This document shows, piece after piece, positions 15,068 to 24,106 of a stretch of DNA of 64,000 bases. The stretch's first letter is position 1; the number at the start of each line of letters is the position of its first letter. Source of the stretch: an uncultured Acidobacteriota bacterium (GTDB lineage: Bacteria > Acidobacteriota > Vicinamibacteria > Vicinamibacterales > SCN-69-37). Below the pieces are notes generated by a model. That model made no database searches, had not been told where the DNA came from, and worked only from the letters and a program-made list of their open reading frames with translations. The translations under genes were made by a program, and so were the position numbers. Where the stretch lies: the NCBI GenBank assembly GCA_963752045.1, contig CAVVWN010000007.1, positions 9,978-73,977 of the forward strand. Reading direction: 5' to 3'.

Positions 15068-15151
15068 GGTGGGGGAGATTTGCACAGGAGGGGGACGGGT
15101 CTCGCTTGCGCGAGCAAGACCCGTCCCCCTCCTGTGCAAATCTCCCCCACC
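15068..15151. terminator. Near-perfect 84-nt palindrome (about 40-bp stem) between the convergent gluQ and MBOAT genes; probable bidirectional terminator / palindromic element
   Basis: GGTGGGGGAGATTTGCACAGGAGGGGGACGGGTCTCGCTTGCGC|GAGCAAGACCCGTCCCCCTCCTGTGCAAATCTCCCCCACC, read directly. Confidence 0.7.
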
Positions 15152-15220
15152 TTCTCGGTAGGCGCTTCCTGCAAACCGCTTGAGCCGTTTCCGGCCGGCT
15201 ACACCGAAACGGAAACGGCT

Positions 15221-16687
15221 CTAGAACTGAAAATAGATGAAACTCAGCGACTCGCGGCTCCGGAAGACCAGGATCAGCGCGAAGAGGACGCCGCAGAAGA
15301 GCGCCTGTGCCGCAATCCACCCGGGAGCGGAGTACGGCGCGCGGCCCGAATCGGCCCTCCGAACAAACGGCAGCGCGTCCCAGGCGGCATGGATCCAGAG
15401 CGGCAGCGAGTAGACCGCCGAGAGGAGCAGCAGGTAGGCGCCGGCCTGGTTGTCGGCGGTCGAGGCCGCCCAGGGCGAGAGCGCAAGGTCGCGCGCGAGC
15501 GCGGCGAACTCACGCTCGCGGAAGATCAGCCAGCCCACGTTGGTGAGGAGGAACATCACGAACATCTGACCCGGCGCGAGCAGCCAGCGCACGGCGGCGG
15601 GTCGAATGTCGAGGCGCGCGAGCGCCCGCGCCACGAGCAGCAGCACGCCGTGATAGAAGCCCCACAGCACGAAGTTCCAGCTGGCGCCGTGCCAGAACCC
15701 CGACACGACGAACGTGATGACGACGTTCCGAGCCCACATCGGCGTGCCGGTGCGGGACCCGCCCAGCGGAATGTAGACGTAGTCACGAAACCACGTGGAG
15801 AGCGAGATGTGCCAGCGGTGCCAGAAGTCGGCCGGGCTCCTGGCCACGTACGGATGGTCGAAGTTCTTCATCACGTCGAAGCCCAGCCACCGGGCCGTGC
15901 CGCGCGCGATGTCGCTGTAGGCTGAAAAGTCGGCGTAGATCTGAATCCCGAACGCGAACACGCCGGCCCAGAGCACCGGAAACGTCGGGTCGGCGAGCGC
16001 GAACACCTTGTTCGCGACAACGCCGACGTTGTCGGCGATCACGAGCTTCTTGAAGAAGCCCCAGAGCATCAGCACGAGGGCGTTGCGGGCAAGATCGGCC
16101 GAGAACACCCGGGGCCGCTCCACCTGAGGCAGCAGGTGCGAGGCCCGCTCGATGGGCCCGGCCACCAGCTGCGGAAAGAACGACACGAACACGGCGACGT
16201 CGAGAAAGCTCCGCCGCGGCTCCAGCCGCCCGCGATAGACGTCGATCGTGTAGCTGAGCGTCTGGAACGTGTAGAACGAGATCCCGACCGGCAGCACGAT
16301 CTGAAGCGCGGGCTTCGGCACGCCGAGCCCCATGGCGTCGAGCACGACGAACACGTTGTCGACGAAGAAGTCGAAGTACTTGAAGAAGCCGAGCAGGCCG
16401 AGATTGGCGAAGAGACTGACGAGCAGCCAGCGACGGCGCCTGTCAGGGCGGGCTTCAGCCCGCCCACCGATCGACGGCGCGGCCGTCGCGCTGGCCATGG
16501 CTCGCGCGGCCCAGTAGTCCACGAACGTGGACGCGAAGATGAGGCTGAGGAACCACGGATGGACCCACCCGTAGAACACGTAGCTGCCGACCAGGAGCAG
16601 CCAGTTCTGCGCGCGGTGGCCGAGGCGCCAGTAGATCGCGACGATGATCGCGAAGAACGCCAGGAAGTCGAGGCTGTGAAACGTCAC
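15221..16687 (-). CDS. MBOAT-family membrane-bound O-acyltransferase (AlgI/DltB-like)
   Basis: 488 aa: MTFHSLDFLAFFAIIVAIYW...YVFYGW, ISFYTFQTLSYTIDVYRG, and FWHRWHISLSTWFRDYVYIPLGG with the conserved His. Confidence 0.87.
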   Translation of the reverse strand: MTFHSLDFLAFFAIIVAIYWRLGHRAQNWLLLVGSYVFYGWVHPWFLSLIFASTFVDYWAARAMASATAAPSIGGRAEARPDRRRRWLLVSLFANLGLLGFFKYFDFFVDNVFVVLDAMGLGVPKPALQIVLPVGISFYTFQTLSYTIDVYRGRLEPRRSFLDVAVFVSFFPQLVAGPIERASHLLPQVERPRVFSADLARNALVLMLWGFFKKLVIADNVGVVANKVFALADPTFPVLWAGVFAFGIQIYADFSAYSDIARGTARWLGFDVMKNFDHPYVARSPADFWHRWHISLSTWFRDYVYIPLGGSRTGTPMWARNVVITFVVSGFWHGASWNFVLWGFYHGVLLLVARALARLDIRPAAVRWLLAPGQMFVMFLLTNVGWLIFREREFAALARDLALSPWAASTADNQAGAYLLLLSAVYSLPLWIHAAWDALPFVRRADSGRAPYSAPGWIAAQALFCGVLFALILVFRSRESLSFIYFQF

Positions 16688-17730
16688 CGCGGCAGGCGTG
16701 AGATGGCGTCGTGGAAGAGGTCCGTATACCGGATGCGCTCGGACCGGTCGATGTGGTCGCCGTCGTTGTAGACGAGGCTCGCCATCTCCGGGATGTCACG
16801 GTCGTCGATGAGCGCGCCGCCACCGGCCTCGATGTACGCCCGGAGGTCGCGAACGTAGCGTGCGAGCGCCGGCGACTCGGGCGGCGGGCGGCCGGCGACC
16901 GGCCGCCGCAGCACGCGCACGAAACACAGCCGCAGCCCGCGCTCGCGCGCGAGGCGCAGCATCGCCGGCAGCACCGACGACTCCACGTTCCCGGCAAAGT
17001 CCGCGTCGCGGTCGGCGGCGGCGCGCAGGTCGGCCTCCTCCATCGGCCGCAACCGTTCGAGCGCGAACGTGTCGTTCACCCGGCGCAGAAGCTCGTCGCG
17101 GCCGCGGCTGCCGACGACCACGCGCGCGATCCACGACGTGAGCGCAGGCTCGGTCCAGCGGCGCGTGTCGTCGACGCGGTAGGCCCGGCTCGCCAGCGCG
17201 TGCGCACGGTGCCACGCGCCCTCGAGCCGCGCGGCCACGAGCGCGTCGAGCTCCGGCTCCTCGTCGAGCGCCATCGGATCGGTGCGGTCCGGCGCAGGCC
17301 CGTCGATGCGGAAGAGCGTGTCGGTGAGGTTCGTGTCGCGGAAGAACACCACGACCCACTGCGGATCGATCCGGCTCGGAACCACCCAGTTCTTCAGCGC
17401 CAGATACCAGAGGGCCGGGCCGGACGCGGCGTAGCGGATGGGCGCCACCGGCACGCCGCTCGTCTCGGCGAGGTGGTGCTCGTCGATCCGGCCCGCCATC
17501 GAATCGCCGATGACGACAAACCCCGGCTGCATCCGCTCGAGCCCGTCGATGACGCCGGAGTCGAAGGGCGCGCGCGCGCGTGGTCCCTCGAGCGACGGCA
17601 GGTAGCTCGGCGCAAGCGACGTCGGCTCGGGCCCCCAGGCCGCGGAGACCGCGCGCCAGCCGAGGGGCACCGCCAGCGTGACGGCCATCACGAGCACGAT
17701 CGGCACGAGCCCGGTACCGTGCGTGCGCAC
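16684..17730 (-). CDS. MBOAT-associated periplasmic protein, SGNH/AlgJ-X-like (putative acyl-transfer partner)
   Basis: 348 aa. N-terminal TM anchor, then FVVIGDSMAGRID (GDS-type block). Its stop overlaps the MBOAT ATG (ATGA at 16684-16687). The start is a GTG at 17730. The family call rests on context and this one motif. Confidence 0.5.
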   Translation of the reverse strand: MRTHGTGLVPIVLVMAVTLAVPLGWRAVSAAWGPEPTSLAPSYLPSLEGPRARAPFDSGVIDGLERMQPGFVVIGDSMAGRIDEHHLAETSGVPVAPIRYAASGPALWYLALKNWVVPSRIDPQWVVVFFRDTNLTDTLFRIDGPAPDRTDPMALDEEPELDALVAARLEGAWHRAHALASRAYRVDDTRRWTEPALTSWIARVVVGSRGRDELLRRVNDTFALERLRPMEEADLRAAADRDADFAGNVESSVLPAMLRLARERGLRLCFVRVLRRPVAGRPPPESPALARYVRDLRAYIEAGGGALIDDRDIPEMASLVYNDGDHIDRSERIRYTDLFHDAISRLPR

Positions 17731-17772
17731 GTCAGCCCTTCCGGCTCCCGCTCGCGCCCGATGCGCCAGCGG

Positions 17773-18174
17773 TCACGCGCGTTCTGGCACGTAGGCCACG
17801 CAGTCGATTTCGACCCGCAGGCCCTTGCCGGGTAATGCCGCCGCCTGGATGGTGGTTCGCGCCGGCTTGTGGCCCGCGAACAGCCGTTCGTAGACCGCGT
17901 TCATCTTCGGGAACTCCGCCATGTCGACGAGGAAGACGCCGCACCGCAGCACGTGCTGCAGGTCCGAGCCGGCGTCCCTGAGGATGGCCTGAAGATTCCG
18001 GAAACACTGCTCGGTCTGCGACTCGATGTCGGCCCCGGAAAGCTCGCCGGTCGCCGGGTCGGTGGCCCCCTGACCCGACACGAAGACGAGGCGGTCGAAC
18101 ACGGCGGCCGGTGAATACGGGCCGGCCGGCTTCGGCAGATGCGGCGCTGGCTGCACGAGACGATGCGTGGACAT
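17773..18174 (-). CDS. ridA: RidA/YjgF family reactive-intermediate deaminase
   Basis: Start MSTHRLVQPAPHLPKPAGPYSPAAVFDRLVFVSGQG...CFRNLQAILRDAGSDLQHVLRCGVFLVDMAEFPKMNAVY...ARTTIQAAALPKGLRVEIDCVA-type C-terminus. The ATG at 18174 was chosen over the ORF-track 18216. Confidence 0.85.
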   Translation of the reverse strand: MSTHRLVQPAPHLPKPAGPYSPAAVFDRLVFVSGQGATDPATGELSGADIESQTEQCFRNLQAILRDAGSDLQHVLRCGVFLVDMAEFPKMNAVYERLFAGHKPARTTIQAAALPGKGLRVEIDCVAYVPERA

Positions 18175-18316
18175 GCGGCAAATCTTAGCCCAGCCGCGGC
18201 GGGATCGGCGGCGCACATTTCCCCTGTCCGCAAGGGCGGCGCGGTGCTACTTTCTAGAAGTCGTTGGCCGCCATCCGGAAGGCGGCCCGGGACAGGCGCA
18301 GGAGGTGTTCACGGTC

Positions 18317-21300
18317 ATGCCGCGCGCCGCGTTTGCCGCTGCCGACGACGACGTGCTGGCCGGCGGCACGCTTGTCGTCGATGCCGGCGTTGAACACCTC
18401 CGGCTGCGCGAGCTCGATGCCTCGGGCCGTGTCGTCGACGACGCCCTCGTTGCCAACCACGGCGACCTGAAGAAGATTTTCAGCGCGCGAGGGCTGGACC
18501 ACCGCTTCGGCAACGGGCACGGCGGACGCGTGGTGGTCACCGGCAAGCTGGCCGACACTGTTGCTGGCGCCATCGGCCGGGGCCGCACGATTCTGCCGGC
18601 GGCCGCACTCTGGCTGGCCGCCCGCCGCGTCATCGCGCGACCCGAGAACGCCGGTGTCGAGACGCTCGCGCTCGTCGACCTCTCCGCTTCGGGATACCTG
18701 CTCGTCGGCATCAACCGCTCGGGACTCCTCGCGCACGATCTACTCGTCGTCAATCCCCGGTGCGGCGCCGGGTCGGGCATCAATCTCGATCGCGTGCTGC
18801 AGAAACTGGCGGTCGGGCGCGACGAGGTGGACGGTCTGCTCGCCCCGTATCTCGGAGACGCCGGGCGCGCGAAGCGCGCGAGCATCGGCACGCGCGCCGA
18901 CCGCTGCGGCGTGTTCGCATCGTCGGCCACCGTGTCCGACAAGAACCAGGGCATTCCCCTCGACGTGGCCCTGGCCACCACGCTCAAGTCCGAAGTGCTC
19001 AAGACCTGCCGAAAGCTGCCGCCGGGTTTCGAGATGGTCTGTTTCTCGGGCCGTATCTTCCGGTGGCAGTTCGCGCGCGATTCGGCCGAAGACTTCGTGC
19101 GCGACCTCGGTGTGGCACGCGTGGTCTACGACACCGAGAACACGCATGTTCTCGATGCGCTTGCCGATCTCGCCCCGGACGCCGAGACGCCCGACGCGGT
19201 GCCCGAACCGGCGGCCCCGCCCCCACTGACCACGAGCGCGAGACTCTATCCGTCGTTTCGAGACCTCAGAAGCCGGCACGAGGCGGATGGCCTCTACACG
19301 CGGATGCCGTCCGAGCCGATTCCGGCGCCCGATCCCGACGTCCTCGCCGGCCGGCCCGTGATCGTAGGCCTCGACGTAGGATCGACGATGGCCAAGGTGG
19401 CGATTGCCGACGCCAGTGATGGCCGCCTCCTCGCGATGTCGGCGTACAGCAACGCCGGCGACACGGTCGAGACGGTCAAGTGCGCCCTGCGCGATCTGCA
19501 GGCGCGCGGCATCGACACCTTGACCGTCGCTGGCATCGGCATCACCGGGTCGGCCCGCTACCAGGTGCAGCAGGCGCTCATGCGCATCTATCCGGAGGCG
19601 GCCGACCGGGTGAGCGTGCTCGTCGAGAACTACGCGCACGCCCGCGGGTCGATCGATCTCGCGCGGGCCCACGTCGCCGACCTTGCCGCGCGCGGCGTCG
19701 ACGTGAACCGCGACCTGGCGATCCTCGTGGACATCGGAGGCGAAGACACGAAGATCTCGACGATCGCGCTCTCGCGGGCGGAACTGTTCGCCAATGCCAT
19801 GAACCTCAAGTGCTCGGCGGGCACGGGCAGCCTGATGGACACGCTGGCCTCGCTTTTCGGCATCGCGGGCGTGGCCGAGGCGTGCGCCGAGGCGTATCTG
19901 GCGCCACGCTCGCGCGCGATCAACGCCACCTGCGCCGTGTTCCTCATGGAGAACGCGCGCAAGCTCCAGGCCGAGGGCGTGCCCCGCAACGAGATCCTCG
20001 CGTCGGCCAACTGGGCGATTGTCGAGAACATGGCGCGCACGCTCTGGCACCAGATCGACCTGCCGGCACGCGCCGTCGTGCTGCTCCACGGCCAGACGAT
20101 GCTGTCCGATCCGCTGCCGCTTGCGGTGACCGATCGGCTGCAGTCGTTTCTCGGCGCGCCCGCCTGGGCGCTCGTGCCGCCGTATCCGGGTCACCGCGCC
20201 TGCGTCGGCCTCGTCCGCACGATGATGCAGGCCGCGCCGGCCGGCGCCACCGCGATCAGACTCGCCGATTTCGTGGACGCAACGTTCGAGAAGCGCATCA
20301 TCGAGTGTCGCGGGGCCGTGTGCGGCGATGCCGACGCGCGCTGCAACCGTACGTCGCTCGCCTGTCTGGGCAAGGACGGCGGCCGGTTCACGTTCACGCT
20401 GGGCGGCTGCACCGCGATCAACGAGCTGTTCGGCCGCCGGGGCCAGCCGCGCGACGCGCCGCCGCGCGACGCCTACAAGGAGATCTGGGACGCGATTGCC
20501 GCGCGGCAACCGAAGTCCGACGCGCCAAACCGGCTGGTGCTCGCGCGCAGCTTCTGCGTGTCGGAGTGGGCGTACCTGTTTGCGCGCACGTTCGAGCGGT
20601 TCGGCATTCCCGTGCACGTCGACGAGGTGCGCGAGGCCGACCTCATGAGCGCGCAGGGCCTCTTCAACATCGACACCTGCGCGCCGCACATGGGCGCCGT
20701 CGGGCAGTACCGACGCCTTGCGGCCGAACCGCACGGCGTCATTCTCGTGCCGCAGATTGTCGACCTGCCAACCGGCGGCCGCAGCCGCGGGCATACGTGC
20801 ACGCTCAACCAGGGCGGCGTGGCCGTGGCCCAGAACCTGGCGTCGATGGCCTCGCCCGAGGCGCGTTTTCATCCATTCGGCGTGCGCCTGTCCGACCTCG
20901 ATGCCGACGCCATCTGCGATCAGCTCGAGCCGGGCTTTCGCGGCGTGTTCGCGCGCTACGGCCTTGCGCCTTCGGCCGCCGACCTCTGCGCCGCGCTCGC
21001 CGGGGCCATCGACGATCACCTGGCCCTGCGCCGTGAGGCCGCCGACCTTGCGGCCGACCTGGCCGAAGCCGCACTCGCCGAGGGCCGGCAGATCGCGGTC
21101 GTCGTCGGCCGGGAGTACGTGCTCAACCCCGGCCTGTACGACAGCTCCGTGCGGCGCCTGCTGCGCGACAAGCGGATGACGGCCATTCCGTCCTACGTGC
21201 TCGACGTCGACCTCGATCCGGAGTTCAGCAACATCTACTGGCGCAACCCGCACGCCATCGTCACGATCCTGAACGCGATCGCCAACAAGGCGCTCCACGA

Positions 21301-23077
21301 GCGCCTGCGCCACCCTCGATTGGCCGCGGTCTTCCGCAGCATCGAGGCTCGCGACCCGCCCGGACCGCTCCTGCCCGTCGTGCAGGTCTCGACCTTCTCG
21401 TGCGGACCCGACAGCGTGACGACGCATCTGGTGGCCGACATCATGCGGCGGCGGCCCTTCCTGCTGCTGCAGTCGGACGCGATCCTCAAGGAGCTGGCGC
21501 ACCTCGAGAATCGCGTGAACACGTACGTGAAACAGCTCGAGCTTGGTCTGCATGGCGAGCTGCGGCTCGATGACGGCACGCCGTTCGAGGTCAAGCGCCT
21601 GCACGAGCTGCAGCATGGCGACCCGATCGACCGCGAGCGTGACGTCCTCTACTTCCCGACGCTTGGCGACAACCGGCCGGTGACCTCGGTTCTGCGAGGC
21701 GCGGGCTTCACGTGCATCGACAACTGGACCGAGGCGTACGACCTCGGCGCGGTCATTCGCGAGGGGCGGCGCTTTGCAGGCGATGCGGTGTGCGCGCCGC
21801 TGGCCGCCGTGTACGGCGACCTCGTCGGCGCCGTCGAGGATTTTGCCGAGCGCCATCGGCGCGGCGACCCGCTCGTCCGCAACAAGCGGCGCGTGCTGTA
21901 TTTCGACAACCAGGGCGACGGCCCGTGCCGTCAAGGCCAGTACGCCGAGGTGCACGCCATGCTCGCGCGTGGCGCGCTGGAAACCAGCGGACGTTCCGGG
22001 CCGGACGGCCGGGGCGACTTCGCGCTGCGCCTGCTCGTCGGCGCCGAGGAGCGCGACTTCGACATCGGGATCGAGGAGTGGACGATGTACCGCGCGTATC
22101 AGGCGGTGGTCGTCCACGCGGTGCTGCAGGATCTGCTCTTCCAGGGCGGGTCGCGCTGCCGCGACCGCGCGGATTACGGAGAGTTCATCGCCGACCATCG
22201 CCGGCTGAAGCGCGAGGTGCATGCGGCCCTCGAGTCGTTCCACGGACCCGGTCCGAACGCGCGGCGCCTGATCCGGGCCGCCGGAGAACGGACGGCCGCA
22301 GGCGCCGCCATCAAGTACTTCGCCTACCGTCTCGACGGGCGGGATCTCAGGCCGCTGTTGCGGCGGTTTGCGCGGCGATGGGTCCACGGCCGAACGCTTG
22401 CGCCCGGCCACCTTCGCATTCACGTGTCGGGCGAGGTCTACATGCGAATCGCCCAGGCCGAACAGGTCTTCGAGGCGCTCCTGTCGATCGTCGGGTTCAA
22501 GAGGTTCCACATGTCGCTCTCACCGATCTGGGCGTACCTCGAGTACCTGCCTGAGTACCGGGTCGAGGAGGCGAAGGAGGCGATCGGCGTGTGGGAAGCC
22601 AGACGCCGGCGCGCCGCCGCACCGGAGGACGTGCGGGCATCCGACGAGGGCATTCGCGCCGAACGACAGCGCATCAGGGACGCCGAGCGGCTCGGCGCCG
22701 TGCTCCGCACGCGCGTGGCGCGACCACTCTACCGGGCGGCCGGCCTGCCGCTGCCCGACCCGCCGCGCCACCTGCTGGACACGGCCAGGGACATCCTGCC
22801 GACGCTCCGCCCGGCCGGCGAGCTGGGGCTGTACGTGGGCGAGGCGCTGCTCGAACTGCGGGCCGGCGCGGACATCTTTCTCAGCATCGCGCCGACCGGT
22901 TGCATGGTGACGTCGATGGGCGAAGTCATGACACCCAAGCTCCAGCAGGCCGGCGCGGGACGGATCCAGAGCCTGTTCTCGGCCGACGGCGACGTCGACC
23001 GCGAACTGCTCGGCGTCTCGCTCCTGCGTGCCCTGGGCCCGGAACGGTTCGTCGAGGCGCAGAGCGCCGCCTCATAG
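18317..23077 (+). CDS. Giant acyl-CoA dehydratase activase-related protein: two BcrAD/BadFG-type ATPase modules fused to a large dehydratase-like / DUF2229-like region
   Basis: 1,586 aa from the ATG at 18317 (AGGAGG 12 nt upstream; the ORF-track start at 18167 overlaps ridA). Module 2 is canonical: VIVGLDVGSTMAKV, VDIGGEDTKIS, KCSAGTGSLMD, TCAVFLMENA. Module 1 keeps RCGAGSGINLD and RCGVFASSA but has VVDAGVEHL and VDLSASGYL instead of the ATP motifs. A Cys-rich junction follows: CRGAVCGDADARCNRTSLAC. Confidence 0.7.
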   Translation: MPRAAFAAADDDVLAGGTLVVDAGVEHLRLRELDASGRVVDDALVANHGDLKKIFSARGLDHRFGNGHGGRVVVTGKLADTVAGAIGRGRTILPAAALWLAARRVIARPENAGVETLALVDLSASGYLLVGINRSGLLAHDLLVVNPRCGAGSGINLDRVLQKLAVGRDEVDGLLAPYLGDAGRAKRASIGTRADRCGVFASSATVSDKNQGIPLDVALATTLKSEVLKTCRKLPPGFEMVCFSGRIFRWQFARDSAEDFVRDLGVARVVYDTENTHVLDALADLAPDAETPDAVPEPAAPPPLTTSARLYPSFRDLRSRHEADGLYTRMPSEPIPAPDPDVLAGRPVIVGLDVGSTMAKVAIADASDGRLLAMSAYSNAGDTVETVKCALRDLQARGIDTLTVAGIGITGSARYQVQQALMRIYPEAADRVSVLVENYAHARGSIDLARAHVADLAARGVDVNRDLAILVDIGGEDTKISTIALSRAELFANAMNLKCSAGTGSLMDTLASLFGIAGVAEACAEAYLAPRSRAINATCAVFLMENARKLQAEGVPRNEILASANWAIVENMARTLWHQIDLPARAVVLLHGQTMLSDPLPLAVTDRLQSFLGAPAWALVPPYPGHRACVGLVRTMMQAAPAGATAIRLADFVDATFEKRIIECRGAVCGDADARCNRTSLACLGKDGGRFTFTLGGCTAINELFGRRGQPRDAPPRDAYKEIWDAIAARQPKSDAPNRLVLARSFCVSEWAYLFARTFERFGIPVHVDEVREADLMSAQGLFNIDTCAPHMGAVGQYRRLAAEPHGVILVPQIVDLPTGGRSRGHTCTLNQGGVAVAQNLASMASPEARFHPFGVRLSDLDADAICDQLEPGFRGVFARYGLAPSAADLCAALAGAIDDHLALRREAADLAADLAEAALAEGRQIAVVVGREYVLNPGLYDSSVRRLLRDKRMTAIPSYVLDVDLDPEFSNIYWRNPHAIVTILNAIANKALHERLRHPRLAAVFRSIEARDPPGPLLPVVQVSTFSCGPDSVTTHLVADIMRRRPFLLLQSDAILKELAHLENRVNTYVKQLELGLHGELRLDDGTPFEVKRLHELQHGDPIDRERDVLYFPTLGDNRPVTSVLRGAGFTCIDNWTEAYDLGAVIREGRRFAGDAVCAPLAAVYGDLVGAVEDFAERHRRGDPLVRNKRRVLYFDNQGDGPCRQGQYAEVHAMLARGALETSGRSGPDGRGDFALRLLVGAEERDFDIGIEEWTMYRAYQAVVVHAVLQDLLFQGGSRCRDRADYGEFIADHRRLKREVHAALESFHGPGPNARRLIRAAGERTAAGAAIKYFAYRLDGRDLRPLLRRFARRWVHGRTLAPGHLRIHVSGEVYMRIAQAEQVFEALLSIVGFKRFHMSLSPIWAYLEYLPEYRVEEAKEAIGVWEARRRRAAAPEDVRASDEGIRAERQRIRDAERLGAVLRTRVARPLYRAAGLPLPDPPRHLLDTARDILPTLRPAGELGLYVGEALLELRAGADIFLSIAPTGCMVTSMGEVMTPKLQQAGAGRIQSLFSADGDVDRELLGVSLLRALGPERFVEAQSAAS

Positions 23078-23142
23078 ACCCGACGCTCGGGCCCGCGCCG
23101 GCCGCGCGCAGAGGGCATCCAGAACGCAGGATAGAATTCCGC

Positions 23143-24015
23143 ATGCCGCTCACCCCGCTACCGCCGACCGACACTCGCGCGCTCTTTCGCCCTGTTTCCT
23201 CCGAGCTCGTCACGCTCTTGCGCAGCCTCGAACCCGACGACTGGCAGAAGCCGACCATTGCCGGCACCTGGGTCGTGCGAGACATCGTCGCGCACCTGGT
23301 GGATCTGACGTTCCGGCGCCTGTCGTTCCATCGCGACGGGATGACGCCGCCTCCCCCACCGAAGCCGATCACATCCGAGCGGGACTTCGTCGAGTTCATC
23401 AACTGGCTGAATGCCGAGTGGGTGGGCACGACGCGGCGTTTCAGCCCGCGCGTGCTCACCGACCTCGTGGAGCTGGCCAGCCGTGACATCGCCACATGGT
23501 TCGAGGCGCTCCCCCTCGACGCGCCGGCGCTGTTCGGCGTGTCGTGGGCCGGCGAAATGGAGTCTGAGGGCTGGTTCGACGTCGGGCGCGAGTTCACCGA
23601 GCTCTGGCATCACCAGCAGCAGATCCGGCTGGCCGTGGGCGCACCGCCGCTTGCCGATCCCCGATACCTGCGCGCCGTGCTCGCGATCGCGATGCGCGGC
23701 CTTCCACACGCGTTCCGGAACCAGCAGGCCGAGCCGGGCCAGACGGTAGTCGTCGACGTCGGCGGCGCTGCGGGCGGCACCTGGACGCTTCGCCGGGAAG
23801 CCGATCGCTGGACGCTCCACGCAGGCGAGCCGCCCACGGCGACCGCACGCGCGCGCCTGTCGGATGAGGCGGCGTGGAAGCTGCTTCACAACGCACTGGA
23901 CCGTGAGGAGGCAGGCCGGGAGGTCCGGATCGAGGGACTGGCCTCGCTTGCCGAGCCCATCTTCGGCGCGCGGGCGGTCGTCGTGGAGACCGGTCAAAGA
24001 CCGGGCACCGTGTAA
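23143..24015 (+). CDS. DinB-like / maleylpyruvate isomerase (mycothiol-dependent) N-terminal domain family protein
   Basis: 290 aa: FRPVSSELVTLLRSLEPDDWQKPTIAGTWVVRDIVAHLVD (DinB-type metal-binding His region) and EFTELWHHQQQI. Confidence 0.6.
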   Translation: MPLTPLPPTDTRALFRPVSSELVTLLRSLEPDDWQKPTIAGTWVVRDIVAHLVDLTFRRLSFHRDGMTPPPPPKPITSERDFVEFINWLNAEWVGTTRRFSPRVLTDLVELASRDIATWFEALPLDAPALFGVSWAGEMESEGWFDVGREFTELWHHQQQIRLAVGAPPLADPRYLRAVLAIAMRGLPHAFRNQQAEPGQTVVVDVGGAAGGTWTLRREADRWTLHAGEPPTATARARLSDEAAWKLLHNALDREEAGREVRIEGLASLAEPIFGARAVVVETGQRPGTV

Positions 24016-24106
24016 GGCACGCGAAGGCGGACGAAAAGAAGAAGGACTTCTGGTCGCGCGTCGCCGGCGTCTTCAAGCGCGGCGGCTGACGCGCCGCGCG
24101 CCCGGG

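Noticed and set aside
18740-22510. 1,256-aa ORF on the minus strand, antisense to the giant activase gene
   Set aside because: This is a typical high-GC shadow ORF. It has R/A/G/P/V-rich low-information sequence and no recognisable motif, and it overlaps a forward frame that carries clear BcrAD/BadFG motifs along its whole length.
24016-24106. Short lysine-rich reading (…KADEKKKDFWSRVAGVFKRGG-stop) just after the DinB-like gene
   Set aside because: There is no in-frame start codon with an RBS, and it is too short to support. It may be a gene remnant but cannot be substantiated.
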